From: Candidatus Omnitrophota bacterium
GTDB taxonomy: Bacteria; Omnitrophota; Gorgyraeia; Gygaellales; Profunditerraquicolaceae
Length of the DNA stretch: 56,797 bases
Assembly: GCA_023229385.1 (NCBI GenBank)
Contig: JALNZI010000008.1
Span: 1-56,797, forward strand
Direction: 5' to 3'
The position numbers and the translations under genes were made by a program. Below the pieces are notes generated by a model that ran no database searches, had not been told where the DNA came from, and saw nothing but the letters and a program-made list of their open reading frames with translations. Of this stretch, positions 25,437 through 33,612 are shown in pieces. Every line of letters begins with the position of its first letter. The stretch's first letter is position 1.

Positions 25437-27166
25437 TTTTCTTTGTTTTTATTAATTTGTAAATAACTATTAACTAATTCCATTATGGTTGATTTATCTT
25501 TATATTTTTTGCCATCAATAACATTATTTATAATTTTTTCTTTTCTATTTGTAATATTAATGATCTTTTCTTCAATGGTATTAATACCGATTAAACGCCA
25601 TATTGTTACAGATTTTGTTTGTGTAATACGATGAATCCTGTCATAGGCTTGTATATGTTGACTAGGATTATACACATACTCAATTATAGCTGCATTAGAA
25701 GCCGCTGTAAGGGTTATCCCAGTCCCGGCAGCTATTATATTACCAAAAAACAAACGCACCTTAGGATCGTTTTGAAAGCTATCTACGGCCTTTTGTTTTT
25801 GCTTATCAGTCATACCACCTTCAACTTTTACAGCATCAGGAAATTTTTCCATTAAATAAGCTAAAGTTTTACGATGGTAGCAAAAGACAACAAGCTTTTC
25901 ATCACTTTCTAAAAAGTTTTCAATCCATTTTACAATTGTATTCAACTTTCCTTTTATTGCAAGTTGACGTAAGATGTTTAGCTGTGCAAGTACGGGCACA
26001 GCTAATGTCTTTTCTAACTTTAAATAAGTGAGTTTATTTATTTCTAAATCTGTTAATTCATTATTAGTTTTTATTTTATTACGCTTTGCAAATTGTTTTA
26101 ATTCCTCTTTAGTTCCTTCACTCATAGAACTAAATTTTTCCTGTAAAAACGTAATAAATGTTTTTTCTGCTTTTTGATATTCAATTTTATTGTCAATAGA
26201 AATATAAACGTTTACTATATTTTTTGGTGGTAAATCTTTTAAAACATCTATTTTTTTACGACGAATCATTATTGTATTTTTCAAAATAGTATTTAATTTT
26301 TTTGTATTTGTTGCACCTGAAAAATCCCAACCAAGCCAAGTTTTTTTAGCTCCACAATATTCTTTTGCAAAATCCATAAAATTTGGAAATAGTGAAGGTC
26401 TAATAAAATGAATAATGTTATAAATTTCAGCAGGACGATTTTCAATTGGTGTACCGGTTAAAGCTAAAGCATAATTAATATCTTTTGTTATTCGTTTAAA
26501 AGCCTTTGTTTTTCTTGCTTTATTATTTTTAATGCTTTGTGCTTCATCAGCAATGATACAATTAAAATCTATATTTTTTAAAGATTGTACCCAGTAGTGA
26601 AGTATATCATAATTCACTACTACAATATCACTTTTAATTTTATATGGTATAACACCGTTTAAAATTTGTGAATCCATTTTTAACCATTTTTTAATCTCAC
26701 GTTGCCAATTTTCTTTTAATCCTGCTTGACAAATAATTAATAATGGAAAAGTATCATATCTTGTTTTTACCCATGAAAGAGCTTCTACTGTTTTTCCCAA
26801 TCCCATTTCATCCGCTATTAAAGCTCTTCCTTGTTTTTTTTCAATTAGTTTAACACATTCTTTTTGAAAATGGTGTAATTTTAATTTTTTAATTTGAGTA
26901 ATTGCTTTTGATTTATTTATATCTTTTCTATTTTCTAATTCTTGTATAAAAATATTTTCCTTTTTCCATTCAATTAATGCTTTAGAGAAAACAAAATTTA
27001 ATTCACTTAATAACAATACTGTATTTTTTGTTAAAGGTGTTTCCCAGAAATCATTTTTAACCATTTTAATTTCTGCTATTGTATTAAGTTTTTCCAATAA
27101 TTTTCTTTCTAAAGGAAAAGTCAGTTTAATTATTTTGCCTTCTTTTATTAATTGAGCTGTTCGCAT
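25433..27166 (-). CDS. SNF2-family (Rad54-like) DEAD/DEAH-box helicase
   Basis: Motif I DEMGLGKT, motif II DEAQSIKN, motif III LTGTPIENRPAEIYN. The C-terminal helicase domain has QKAVDSFQND and GGTGITLTAASNAAIIEY...RIHRITQTKSV. Confidence 0.85.
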   Translation of the reverse strand: MRTAQLIKEGKIIKLTFPLERKLLEKLNTIAEIKMVKNDFWETPLTKNTVLLLSELNFVFSKALIEWKKENIFIQELENRKDINKSKAITQIKKLKLHHFQKECVKLIEKKQGRALIADEMGLGKTVEALSWVKTRYDTFPLLIICQAGLKENWQREIKKWLKMDSQILNGVIPYKIKSDIVVVNYDILHYWVQSLKNIDFNCIIADEAQSIKNNKARKTKAFKRITKDINYALALTGTPIENRPAEIYNIIHFIRPSLFPNFMDFAKEYCGAKKTWLGWDFSGATNTKKLNTILKNTIMIRRKKIDVLKDLPPKNIVNVYISIDNKIEYQKAEKTFITFLQEKFSSMSEGTKEELKQFAKRNKIKTNNELTDLEINKLTYLKLEKTLAVPVLAQLNILRQLAIKGKLNTIVKWIENFLESDEKLVVFCYHRKTLAYLMEKFPDAVKVEGGMTDKQKQKAVDSFQNDPKVRLFFGNIIAAGTGITLTAASNAAIIEYVYNPSQHIQAYDRIHRITQTKSVTIWRLIGINTIEEKIINITNRKEKIINNVIDGKKYKDKSTIMELVNSYLQINKNKEK

Positions 27167-27250
27167 TATATCTTTTTATATTATAGTACTGATGTTTCAG
27201 TTAAAAATATAACTGAAACATTTCTGCATTAGCGTCGTCAGAGTACTTAG

Positions 27251-27574
27251 TTAATTCTTATTAAATATGAATTTATCTGTTTTTAACACAGATTGTTGTT
27301 CTTCTTGTTTTTTAAAAAGTGTGTTAAGTGCATTCCAATACGCAAAACCTTCTGGTGTATCACCAAAAACGAATTGTGTTATCATATCATTAATCGTGTG
27401 AGAAACTTCCCATCCAAGCAATTTTTCAAGGTGAATATCTATGTTATTCTTTAGTAAATTATTAACAAATTTGTCTAAAGCATTATTCTTTTCTAAGAAT
27501 AGGTAGAGATTTTTCTCTATTTTTAATTTCATCTTATTTATTTTTTTTATTGGGTTCCAAAGAAATGATTCCAA
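27251..27574 (-). CDS. hypothetical protein
   Basis: ORF. Confidence 0.3.
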   Translation of the reverse strand: MESFLWNPIKKINKMKLKIEKNLYLFLEKNNALDKFVNNLLKNNIDIHLEKLLGWEVSHTINDMITQFVFGDTPEGFAYWNALNTLFKKQEEQQSVLKTDKFIFNKN

Positions 27575-27826
27575 AAAAACAAGATAATACTATCAATAGA
27601 ACAATAAGCAGAACCAACTTTGCCCCAATTAAGGAGCAAATGATTGCCAATAAAAGACAAAATGCGGACAGGATAAAATTGTTTTTCATTTTTGTAAAAT
27701 ATAAGGATAAAAGTAAAACAATAGAAAAATCATTAATGCAAAAAATGTCAAGTATTCCATAAATTCAAAGAATACAATATTCTGTCGATATAAGGCTTGA
27801 ATAAACTTGATTAATTTTTTCATTTT

Positions 27827-28675
27827 TTATATTATTTTATTAAGTTCTTCTTTTGTTATAGAAAAAACAATCTCTGCATTTTGTCCTTTGTGTATTCTCC
27901 ACGTTGTACCATCAAAAGACGGAACAAATCCATTTTCCCATAATGTGATTATGGATTGAAATGGGTTTGTAAATGGTTTCAAAGTTTCAAAATTGTTCCA
28001 TTTTTCTAACATGAAAAATGATGAAATATAAGCATTTACAGAAGCCCCAACAGAAGCCCCAACAGAAGCCCCAACAGAAGCCTCAACAGAAGCCCAAATA
28101 GAATCCCTAACAGAATCCCAAATAGAATCCCTAACAGAAGCCCCAACAGAAGCCCCAACAGAAGCCCAAATAGAATCCCTAACAGAAGCCCAAATAGAAT
28201 CCCTAACAGAAGCCCCAACAGAAGCCCTAACAGAAGCCCCAACAGAAGCCCAAATAAAAGCCCTAACAGAATCCCAAATAGAATCCCAAATAGAATCCCA
28301 TTTTTTTAATAATAATGCTAAATCATTATTATTAAATTTTTCTTTATTGTTTATTAGTAAAGGGCTTATTATAGGTTTTACTATTAAAGGTTCAATAATT
28401 GTTTTAAAATTCAAATATTGTTGTACCCATTTTTTTGATAATTCAGAAGTATCCTTTTCTGTGTTTATTTGATCCACAGTAAACTCCCCGGTTAAAGGAT
28501 TATATTCATACTTGTTCATTTTATCTTCATCTAATTTATAAAATGCACAAATACTTGTGTGAGAATCAGGACTATACCTTTCTGGGTTATTACATAACAT
28601 TTGTTTACGTAATTCCCAATCAAAATAATACTTATTATTATTTTGATCAACAACGAAACTAAAAAAGTTACACAT
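27827..28675 (-). CDS. protein with a tetrapeptide tandem-repeat tract (ASVG/ASVR/DSIW) of about 21 units
   Basis: WDSIWDSIWDSVRAFIWASVGASVRASVGASVRDSIWASVRDSIW...ASVGASVGASV lies between non-repetitive N- and C-terminal domains. Confidence 0.5.
   Translation of the reverse strand: MCNFFSFVVDQNNNKYYFDWELRKQMLCNNPERYSPDSHTSICAFYKLDEDKMNKYEYNPLTGEFTVDQINTEKDTSELSKKWVQQYLNFKTIIEPLIVKPIISPLLINNKEKFNNNDLALLLKKWDSIWDSIWDSVRAFIWASVGASVRASVGASVRDSIWASVRDSIWASVGASVGASVRDSIWDSVRDSIWASVEASVGASVGASVGASVNAYISSFFMLEKWNNFETLKPFTNPFQSIITLWENGFVPSFDGTTWRIHKGQNAEIVFSITKEELNKII
28020..28300. repeat. 12-bp tandem repeats (acagaagcccca / acagaatcccaaat variants)
   Basis: A directly visible 12-bp period. It encodes the tetrapeptide repeats. 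Confidence 0.8.
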
Positions 28676-28677
28676 AA

Positions 28678-29070
28678 TTATTTATTTTTAAGGTTTTTAA
28701 GATATACATTTCTAATGTACTCTTTTGAATAAATGCCTTCAAACAATTCAAAAGTATCCACCAAATCACCTGTGTAAAAACACTCAAAGTTTTCAAAGGC
28801 ATCAAGAATTTCTGCTTCTTCAAGTTTACCTTTTTTAATTTCTAAGCCTTTCCACAGTTTTATTTCATCCATGCCTTCACGGAATTTTAAAAAATAACCT
28901 TCAGGCATGTAACCACCAGCCCCCAGAGAAATGTATTTTTCATTTTCTCTAAGTTTCGTTTTACCTTTTTCGAATTGATCATGAGAGAATGCAAAAAATA
29001 CTTTGCAATCTTTCATTAACTGATCAACTCTTTTTTGTTCTTCGTTTTTAATTTCACTTAAATTCATCAT
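28678..29070 (-). CDS. hypothetical protein
   Basis: 130-aa ORF. Confidence 0.35.
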   Translation of the reverse strand: MMNLSEIKNEEQKRVDQLMKDCKVFFAFSHDQFEKGKTKLRENEKYISLGAGGYMPEGYFLKFREGMDEIKLWKGLEIKKGKLEEAEILDAFENFECFYTGDLVDTFELFEGIYSKEYIRNVYLKNLKNK

Positions 29071-30302
29071 AATTTATTTATAAGTTTTTCAATTGCAGTT
29101 CTTTTAAATGGTGGAAAAATCCAACCGGGTCCACAGGGTAAATGAAAATTGAAACTTCCACCCAAAGCTTTTAATTCATCTTTGATTACTTTTGTTCCTA
29201 ATCCTGTAACTACAATAGCGTTTTTATAAGGAGCAATTTTAATATCAGAAGATTCAATTTTAACTTCTGTTTTAGTTTCAACTTCATTTTTAACCTCAAC
29301 TTCAGGCTGAAGCACCCAACCACTAATAGTTGATTTAGTATATTCAAAATACAAATTGGAAGCTGTAAACGGAATAGCTACATTTAATTTTTCTTTTGAA
29401 ACATCCGTAAATTCAATCCATTTCCAATGTTTCTGTCTTGAATTTTCTTTGCCATATATACGAATATTATATGTAACTGTAACTTCATTCTCATTAAAAT
29501 TGTTTCTTAAAACAAGTTGTAACCCATCATAAATGGGTGCATCTTTTTTGTATTCATAACCAGCTTCACTGACCACTTTTTTAAATTCTTCTATTAAAGG
29601 TTTTTCCTTTTCCATTCTTTCCTGTCTTTCCTTTAATATTTTAGCTTCCCAGGCTTGATGTTCAAGCCTTTTTTCATTTTCCTTTTTCACAATTACATCA
29701 GTAATGTTATCAAAAGAATCTTTTAAGATATTTTCAATTAAGGGAATTACATTTTCCTGTTTAATAGCATCTACACGTATAAAGGCTACTAAAACGAATG
29801 TCCCAAAGATTTGACCCATATAAATGCCGGAACTACCAATGAATAGTTCTTTATTGATATGATTAACAAAACTTTTCATTTTTGGTAACAATTCTAAATA
29901 TTGTTCTTTTGATGAAAAATATTCTGACGTTTTATGTATTTCGTATTCAGTACATGATTTACGAATAAACCAATCAGAATGTTCCTGACAGGTTTTGTAA
30001 ATCAATTTTTTCTTTAAAGTATCAATGGCGTTGTATTTTACACCAATGGATAAATTTTTGTTTTGAAACAAATTTTTGTATCCATTAATCCAATTCACTT
30101 TTAATTCAGGGAATAATCCATGAATAGTAATTTGTGTTTTATACTTAAACACTGGCACACCTAACGTTTCAAGGTGTTCAGTTGTAACACCCTGATTTTC
30201 TATTTGATCTAAAACTTCTAACGGAATAATTTTATCACTCCGGTTTATAATGTTTTTATGATCAAAATTCTCATTTTCAAATAATCTTTCAATTATTTCC
30301 AT
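29067..30302 (-). CDS. hypothetical protein (411 aa)
   Basis: Large ORF with a central coiled-coil segment (EHQAWEAKILKERQERMEKEK). Confidence 0.45.
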   Translation of the reverse strand: MEIIERLFENENFDHKNIINRSDKIIPLEVLDQIENQGVTTEHLETLGVPVFKYKTQITIHGLFPELKVNWINGYKNLFQNKNLSIGVKYNAIDTLKKKLIYKTCQEHSDWFIRKSCTEYEIHKTSEYFSSKEQYLELLPKMKSFVNHINKELFIGSSGIYMGQIFGTFVLVAFIRVDAIKQENVIPLIENILKDSFDNITDVIVKKENEKRLEHQAWEAKILKERQERMEKEKPLIEEFKKVVSEAGYEYKKDAPIYDGLQLVLRNNFNENEVTVTYNIRIYGKENSRQKHWKWIEFTDVSKEKLNVAIPFTASNLYFEYTKSTISGWVLQPEVEVKNEVETKTEVKIESSDIKIAPYKNAIVVTGLGTKVIKDELKALGGSFNFHLPCGPGWIFPPFKRTAIEKLINKL

Positions 30303-30329
30303 TTTTTTAAGGTTTAAATTATTTTGTTT

Positions 30330-30653
30330 TTAATTTTCTTGTCCACGATAAAATGATTTTTTATTTAAGTCAATTCTTTTAAACATACGATTGCATATTC
30401 TTTTCCAGTAACGAGGGTTATTGTAATCTTCAGATACATTTTTTAGATACCATTTTTCCTGTGTGTTATCACATAAGGGTTCCAATGAAAATACAATTTC
30501 CATTAAACCTACGCCACCACTGATAAATGTTTCTTTTTTACAAACATCAAATCCGTATCTTTTTAACCGGACACCCTGACATTTGTATCGTATTGGAATA
30601 ATAATCAGATTATTCTTATCTACAAATTTCTGCAAAATTTTTGGTGTTTTCAT
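30330..30653 (-). CDS. hypothetical protein
   Basis: 107-aa ORF. Confidence 0.3.
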   Translation of the reverse strand: MKTPKILQKFVDKNNLIIIPIRYKCQGVRLKRYGFDVCKKETFISGGVGLMEIVFSLEPLCDNTQEKWYLKNVSEDYNNPRYWKRICNRMFKRIDLNKKSFYRGQEN

Positions 30654-30785
30654 TTTGTTTTAATTTTTTAGTGTTAAGTGTTAATTAAGGAATAGTGATA
30701 AAGGCTATTTTCGTACTTATTAGTAACTCGTCGGCTTAATATAAATACTAAAATCTTTTTTATGAATTATGTAAATTAGAAAAAA

Positions 30786-30826
30786 TTAAAAACAAAAAAT
30801 AGGGTAACGGTTGTTCGCCGTTACCC
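30786..30826 (-). terminator. rho-independent terminator
   Basis: Perfect 9-bp GC stem GGGTAACGG / CCGTTACCC with a 7-nt loop. It is followed on the minus strand by TATTTTTTGTTTTT, immediately after the stop of gene 30851-31477. Confidence 0.7.
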
Positions 30827-30850
30827 TTAAAAACCGGGTTTTGGATAAAA

Positions 30851-31477
30851 CTACTGTACAGGTTCAGCAGGTGCATTAAAATACAGGTCCCCTTTACGGA
30901 TAGCATGCAGTTTGCTCAAGTACGACTTTGTTACTGAGCCGTCCTCGTCTGGATAAACCGCTAATACGGCATCTAAAATAGTTTTGTAGGTAACCCCTTC
31001 CGGGTGTGCCGTTAAGCAATCCAGAATAATACTCCTCTTTGTAACTTTGTCACCCGTAATAGTAGTTGTACCTGTTGAACTGTTTTTTCTCGTTCTGATA
31101 ACCTTTGCCGGTACGTTTGCCGGCAACGTGGTGTTAATAATCATCCACAACCCCTGAAAGGTTGTGAACTCCCCGTCTGTAAGCTGCTGAATCAATTCAG
31201 CCTTTTTTGTTTGCACCTTTGCAACCTCATCTTTTTTGTCTTGCTCAGCTTTTTTTGCAGCGGCATCAATAGCAGCTAATTTCTTTTCGTTCGCCATTAC
31301 CTTTGCTAATTTTGCAACTTCGGCGAAGTCACCGGCAGCTAATGCGGCCGCCAGTTTTTCCGCTGTTGTCGGCTCTATTATCGCCGGTTCTGTTGTTGAT
31401 ACGTTGTTTGTTACTTCCGTCGCTGCATTTTCGGCAGCGGTAACAATTTGTTCTTTTGTTAATGAATCTTTAGACAT
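30851..31477 (-). CDS. Ala/Lys/Glu-rich protein (histone-H1-like low-complexity N-half) with markedly higher GC than its surroundings
   Basis: AEKLAAALAAGDFAEVAKLAKVMANEKKLAAIDAAAKKAEQDKKDEVAKVQTKKAEL. The gene has GC-rich codons (gccggcaacgtggtg, gcggccgccag), its own terminator and upstream palindromes. Confidence 0.5.
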   Translation of the reverse strand: MSKDSLTKEQIVTAAENAATEVTNNVSTTEPAIIEPTTAEKLAAALAAGDFAEVAKLAKVMANEKKLAAIDAAAKKAEQDKKDEVAKVQTKKAELIQQLTDGEFTTFQGLWMIINTTLPANVPAKVIRTRKNSSTGTTTITGDKVTKRSIILDCLTAHPEGVTYKTILDAVLAVYPDEDGSVTKSYLSKLHAIRKGDLYFNAPAEPVQ

Positions 31478-31500
31478 TTTTTCTTTGTTTTTAAATTAGT

Positions 31501-31544
31501 AAAGCAAAATTGCTTTGTGCCTGTACCGGAATCGGACCGGTACA
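31501..31544. promoter_or_regulatory. two adjacent palindromes (possible operator/terminator)
   Basis: AAAGCAAAATTGCTTT (31501-31516) and TGTACCGG-aatcgga-CCGGTACA (31522-31544). They lie between gene 31568-31774 and the start of gene 30851-31477. Confidence 0.35.
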
Positions 31545-31567
31545 AAGAACCGTTCAGGCTAATAAAA

Positions 31568-31774
31568 TTAATTGTTGTCTTCAATCACAGTTATAACGAT
31601 TGTTGAGATAAAACTTATAACCGATATAACTGCTAATATTACAGTTATAATAGAATCATGTGCCGTAAAGAAAGAAATAAGTATCATTCCTAGAAAGCTT
31701 ACTACAAAAGTTATGGCTGTAATGATTACTAACCTGTCGATGTTCTGTTCTTTCGTTGTCATAGTGTTTAACAT
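31568..31774 (-). CDS. small two-TM membrane protein
   Basis: Two TM helices: ITAITFVVSFLGMILISFF and IITVILAVISVISFISTIVITVI. It is the first gene of the leftward gene block. Confidence 0.4.
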   Translation of the reverse strand: MLNTMTTKEQNIDRLVIITAITFVVSFLGMILISFFTAHDSIITVILAVISVISFISTIVITVIEDNN

Positions 31775-31785
31775 AATATTAAGTT

Positions 31786-31814
31786 GTTTATCACTGTTAT
31801 CACTTGCAAATATA
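31786..31814 (-). promoter_or_regulatory. candidate leftward promoter/operator: tandem TGTT(T)ATCAC direct repeat plus TATATTTG (-7-like TAnnTTTG) on the minus strand
   Basis: gtttatcac (31786-94) and tgttatcac (31795-803). The rc of caaatata at 31807-31814 is TATATTTG, 33-40 nt upstream of the ATG at 31774. Confidence 0.3.
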
Positions 31815-31960
31815 TGTAATATTATAATACGTTGTACTCATTAATGCAAAAAAATTTAAAAAAAAATTAAATGTATTATAACGTATTAATACACAGTAAG
31901 TTACAACCTTAAATGACTTATATCATAGTATATATATTACTTAACATAATTAAATAACAC

Positions 31961-32130
31961 TATAAAAAGCAATATAAGGCAATTCACCAGGTAAAAGCCT
32001 AATAACCCAACCTGACTATAATAAAGGCTTAAATAGCCTTATAATGCAAAATAAAGGCTATTCAACCAGGTAACCCATATAATAGTATAACAACCTATAA
32101 AAAGGCAATAAGGCACAATAAAAAATAAAG
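31961..32130. repeat. iteron-like cluster: at least 7 copies of (T)AAGGC/GCCTT plus 2 copies of CCAGGTAA within 170 bp
   Basis: ataaggcaa, caccaggtaaaagcct, taaaggctt, atagcctta, taaaggcta, caaccaggtaac, aaaaggcaa and taaggcac. Confidence 0.5.
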
Positions 32131-32947
32131 AAGCAATATGAGTAAATGGTAAAGTAAAGGTATATATTCATCCATATAGTATAATATAGTAATATATGTT
32201 ATAATACAATAAAAAGAATAAAAATATAGTGAAAAATGTAAAAAAGAATAAAAAAGCCGCGCCCGCTTAGCTTCCACACTTTGTTTCTGTACCACACCAA
32301 TATCACTATGATAAGCTATTCATGTACTAATGATATGCTATTCACAACGAATGTTATACTATACTCTATATATAGTATATATACATACCACTGCACTAGC
32401 TCTGTTCACTGCGATTAGCAGGAATAATTGTTATATATAGTAGTGTGCCGAGGTGAAGGGAAGATCAGGTGAATGTGAATGGCGAAAATGGAAAGAGGTT
32501 TGATGGGCTTGTACCTCTCATAGAATATATAAATTTTTTTGATGAATACAAATTTTATTTATTCATTAAAGGCTTGTTATTATTATTTGACGATTCATAT
32601 TGAAAAAAACGAATAAGTATTATATTATAATATAGTATATATAATAGTAATATGTATATACTATATATGGTAAAAATTGTTTTCATTATGATTTATATAT
32701 TCATTATTATATTCTATTCACTATTTATATTCATTATTATTAATATATTTTATTTACCTTTTTTCATTAATATTATTCATTTTACAATTCATAAAAAAAA
32801 TTTGAAAAAATTTTTTAAGGTTTTCAAAAATTAATATTCATTATTGATTATTTATATTGTATAATAAAAATTTTTATTTAATATTGTTAAATGTGTATAT
32901 TATGTTTATCTATATAAGGATTGCTAAAAAAATTTTATGTTTTTTAT

Positions 32948-32977
32948 TTTGTTATATACTATTATATATTATATTTG
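32948..32977 (+). promoter_or_regulatory. candidate Bacteroidota-type promoter for the rightward late operon (TTTG-N18-TATATTTG)
   Basis: TTTG at 32948-51 and TATATTTG at 32970-77, 19 nt upstream of the terminase small subunit ATG at 32996. Confidence 0.35.
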
Positions 32978-32995
32978 TTTGCAAATGTATTTTTT

Positions 32996-33601
32996 ATGGC
33001 TAAAAATAGAACCATACGTTTGCCTGAACCGGATTTCTTACCTAAGAAAACTTTACGTCGTACTGATGGTCGTTATCAACCTGTATATGATAGGCAGGTT
33101 TATTTCTTAGCATTGTTAGGAATGACAGAGCCACAGATGGCACAAGTATTCAATGTACAATTTAATAATTTTTTGGTTTGGAAGGAAAAATATCCTTTAT
33201 TTGCTGAAGCATTAATTAAAGGGAAAACTTCGGCTGATGGCAACGTAGTACATTCATTATATTTATCGGCCATAGGTTTTAAGCATAAAGAAACTGTTGT
33301 ATTAACCAATAAGGTTAAGAAATATAATAGTGCAGGTAAAGTAACTAAGGAATGGACCGAACCTTTATTGGTTGAAGTGGAAAAAGAGGAACCACCAAGT
33401 GTTAATGCCTGTTTGAAGTGGTTACAAGCCCGTCAGCCAGCCGTATGGGGTAACAGGCTACATATTGACGGTAAACTTAATGTAACCCATCAAATTGACT
33501 TAACGGACTTCACGACAGAAGAATTACTAGTACTTAATAAATTAGGTATGGCTAGTAAAGATGGTAAGATTGTTGAAGATGCTTTATATGAAGATGTTTA
33601 A
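32996..33601 (+). CDS. terS: terminase small subunit (HTH)
   Basis: Lies immediately upstream of the large terminase gene. It has an HTH-like segment TEPQMAQVFNVQFNNFLVWKEKYPLFAEALIKGK. The start is taken at the MAKNRTIRL Met, because the longer ORF N-terminus is low-complexity. Confidence 0.5.
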   Translation: MAKNRTIRLPEPDFLPKKTLRRTDGRYQPVYDRQVYFLALLGMTEPQMAQVFNVQFNNFLVWKEKYPLFAEALIKGKTSADGNVVHSLYLSAIGFKHKETVVLTNKVKKYNSAGKVTKEWTEPLLVEVEKEEPPSVNACLKWLQARQPAVWGNRLHIDGKLNVTHQIDLTDFTTEELLVLNKLGMASKDGKIVEDALYEDV

Positions 33602-33612
33602 ATAATAATAGT

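Noticed and set aside
27548-27697. 50-aa two-TM minus-strand ORF (MKNNFILSAFCLLLAIICSLIGAKLVLLIVLLIVLSCFFGIISLEPNKKK)
   Set aside because: It is plausible as a small membrane peptide, but it conflicts with the annotated start of ORF 27251-27574 and has no further support. It is left unannotated.
28036-28242. ORF GLLLGLLLG (68 aa) and CRISPR-like periodic repeats at 28020-28300
   Set aside because: The 12-bp period has no unique spacers and lies in-frame within a long CDS. It is a coding tandem repeat, not a CRISPR array, and the small ORF is an alternative frame.
32095-32295. ORFs inside the intergenic hub (32095-32295 minus; 32652-32834 plus)
   Set aside because: Extreme Tyr/Ile/Leu/Phe composition from AT-rich repeats. 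No RBS. They lie across the palindromic repeat blocks.
32921-32995. Longer N-terminus of the small terminase ORF (MLKKFYVFYFVIYYYILYLF...)
   Set aside because: It is AT-repeat-derived low complexity overlapping the promoter-like TTTG-N18-TATATTTG. The start was moved to the MAKNRTIRL Met at 32996.
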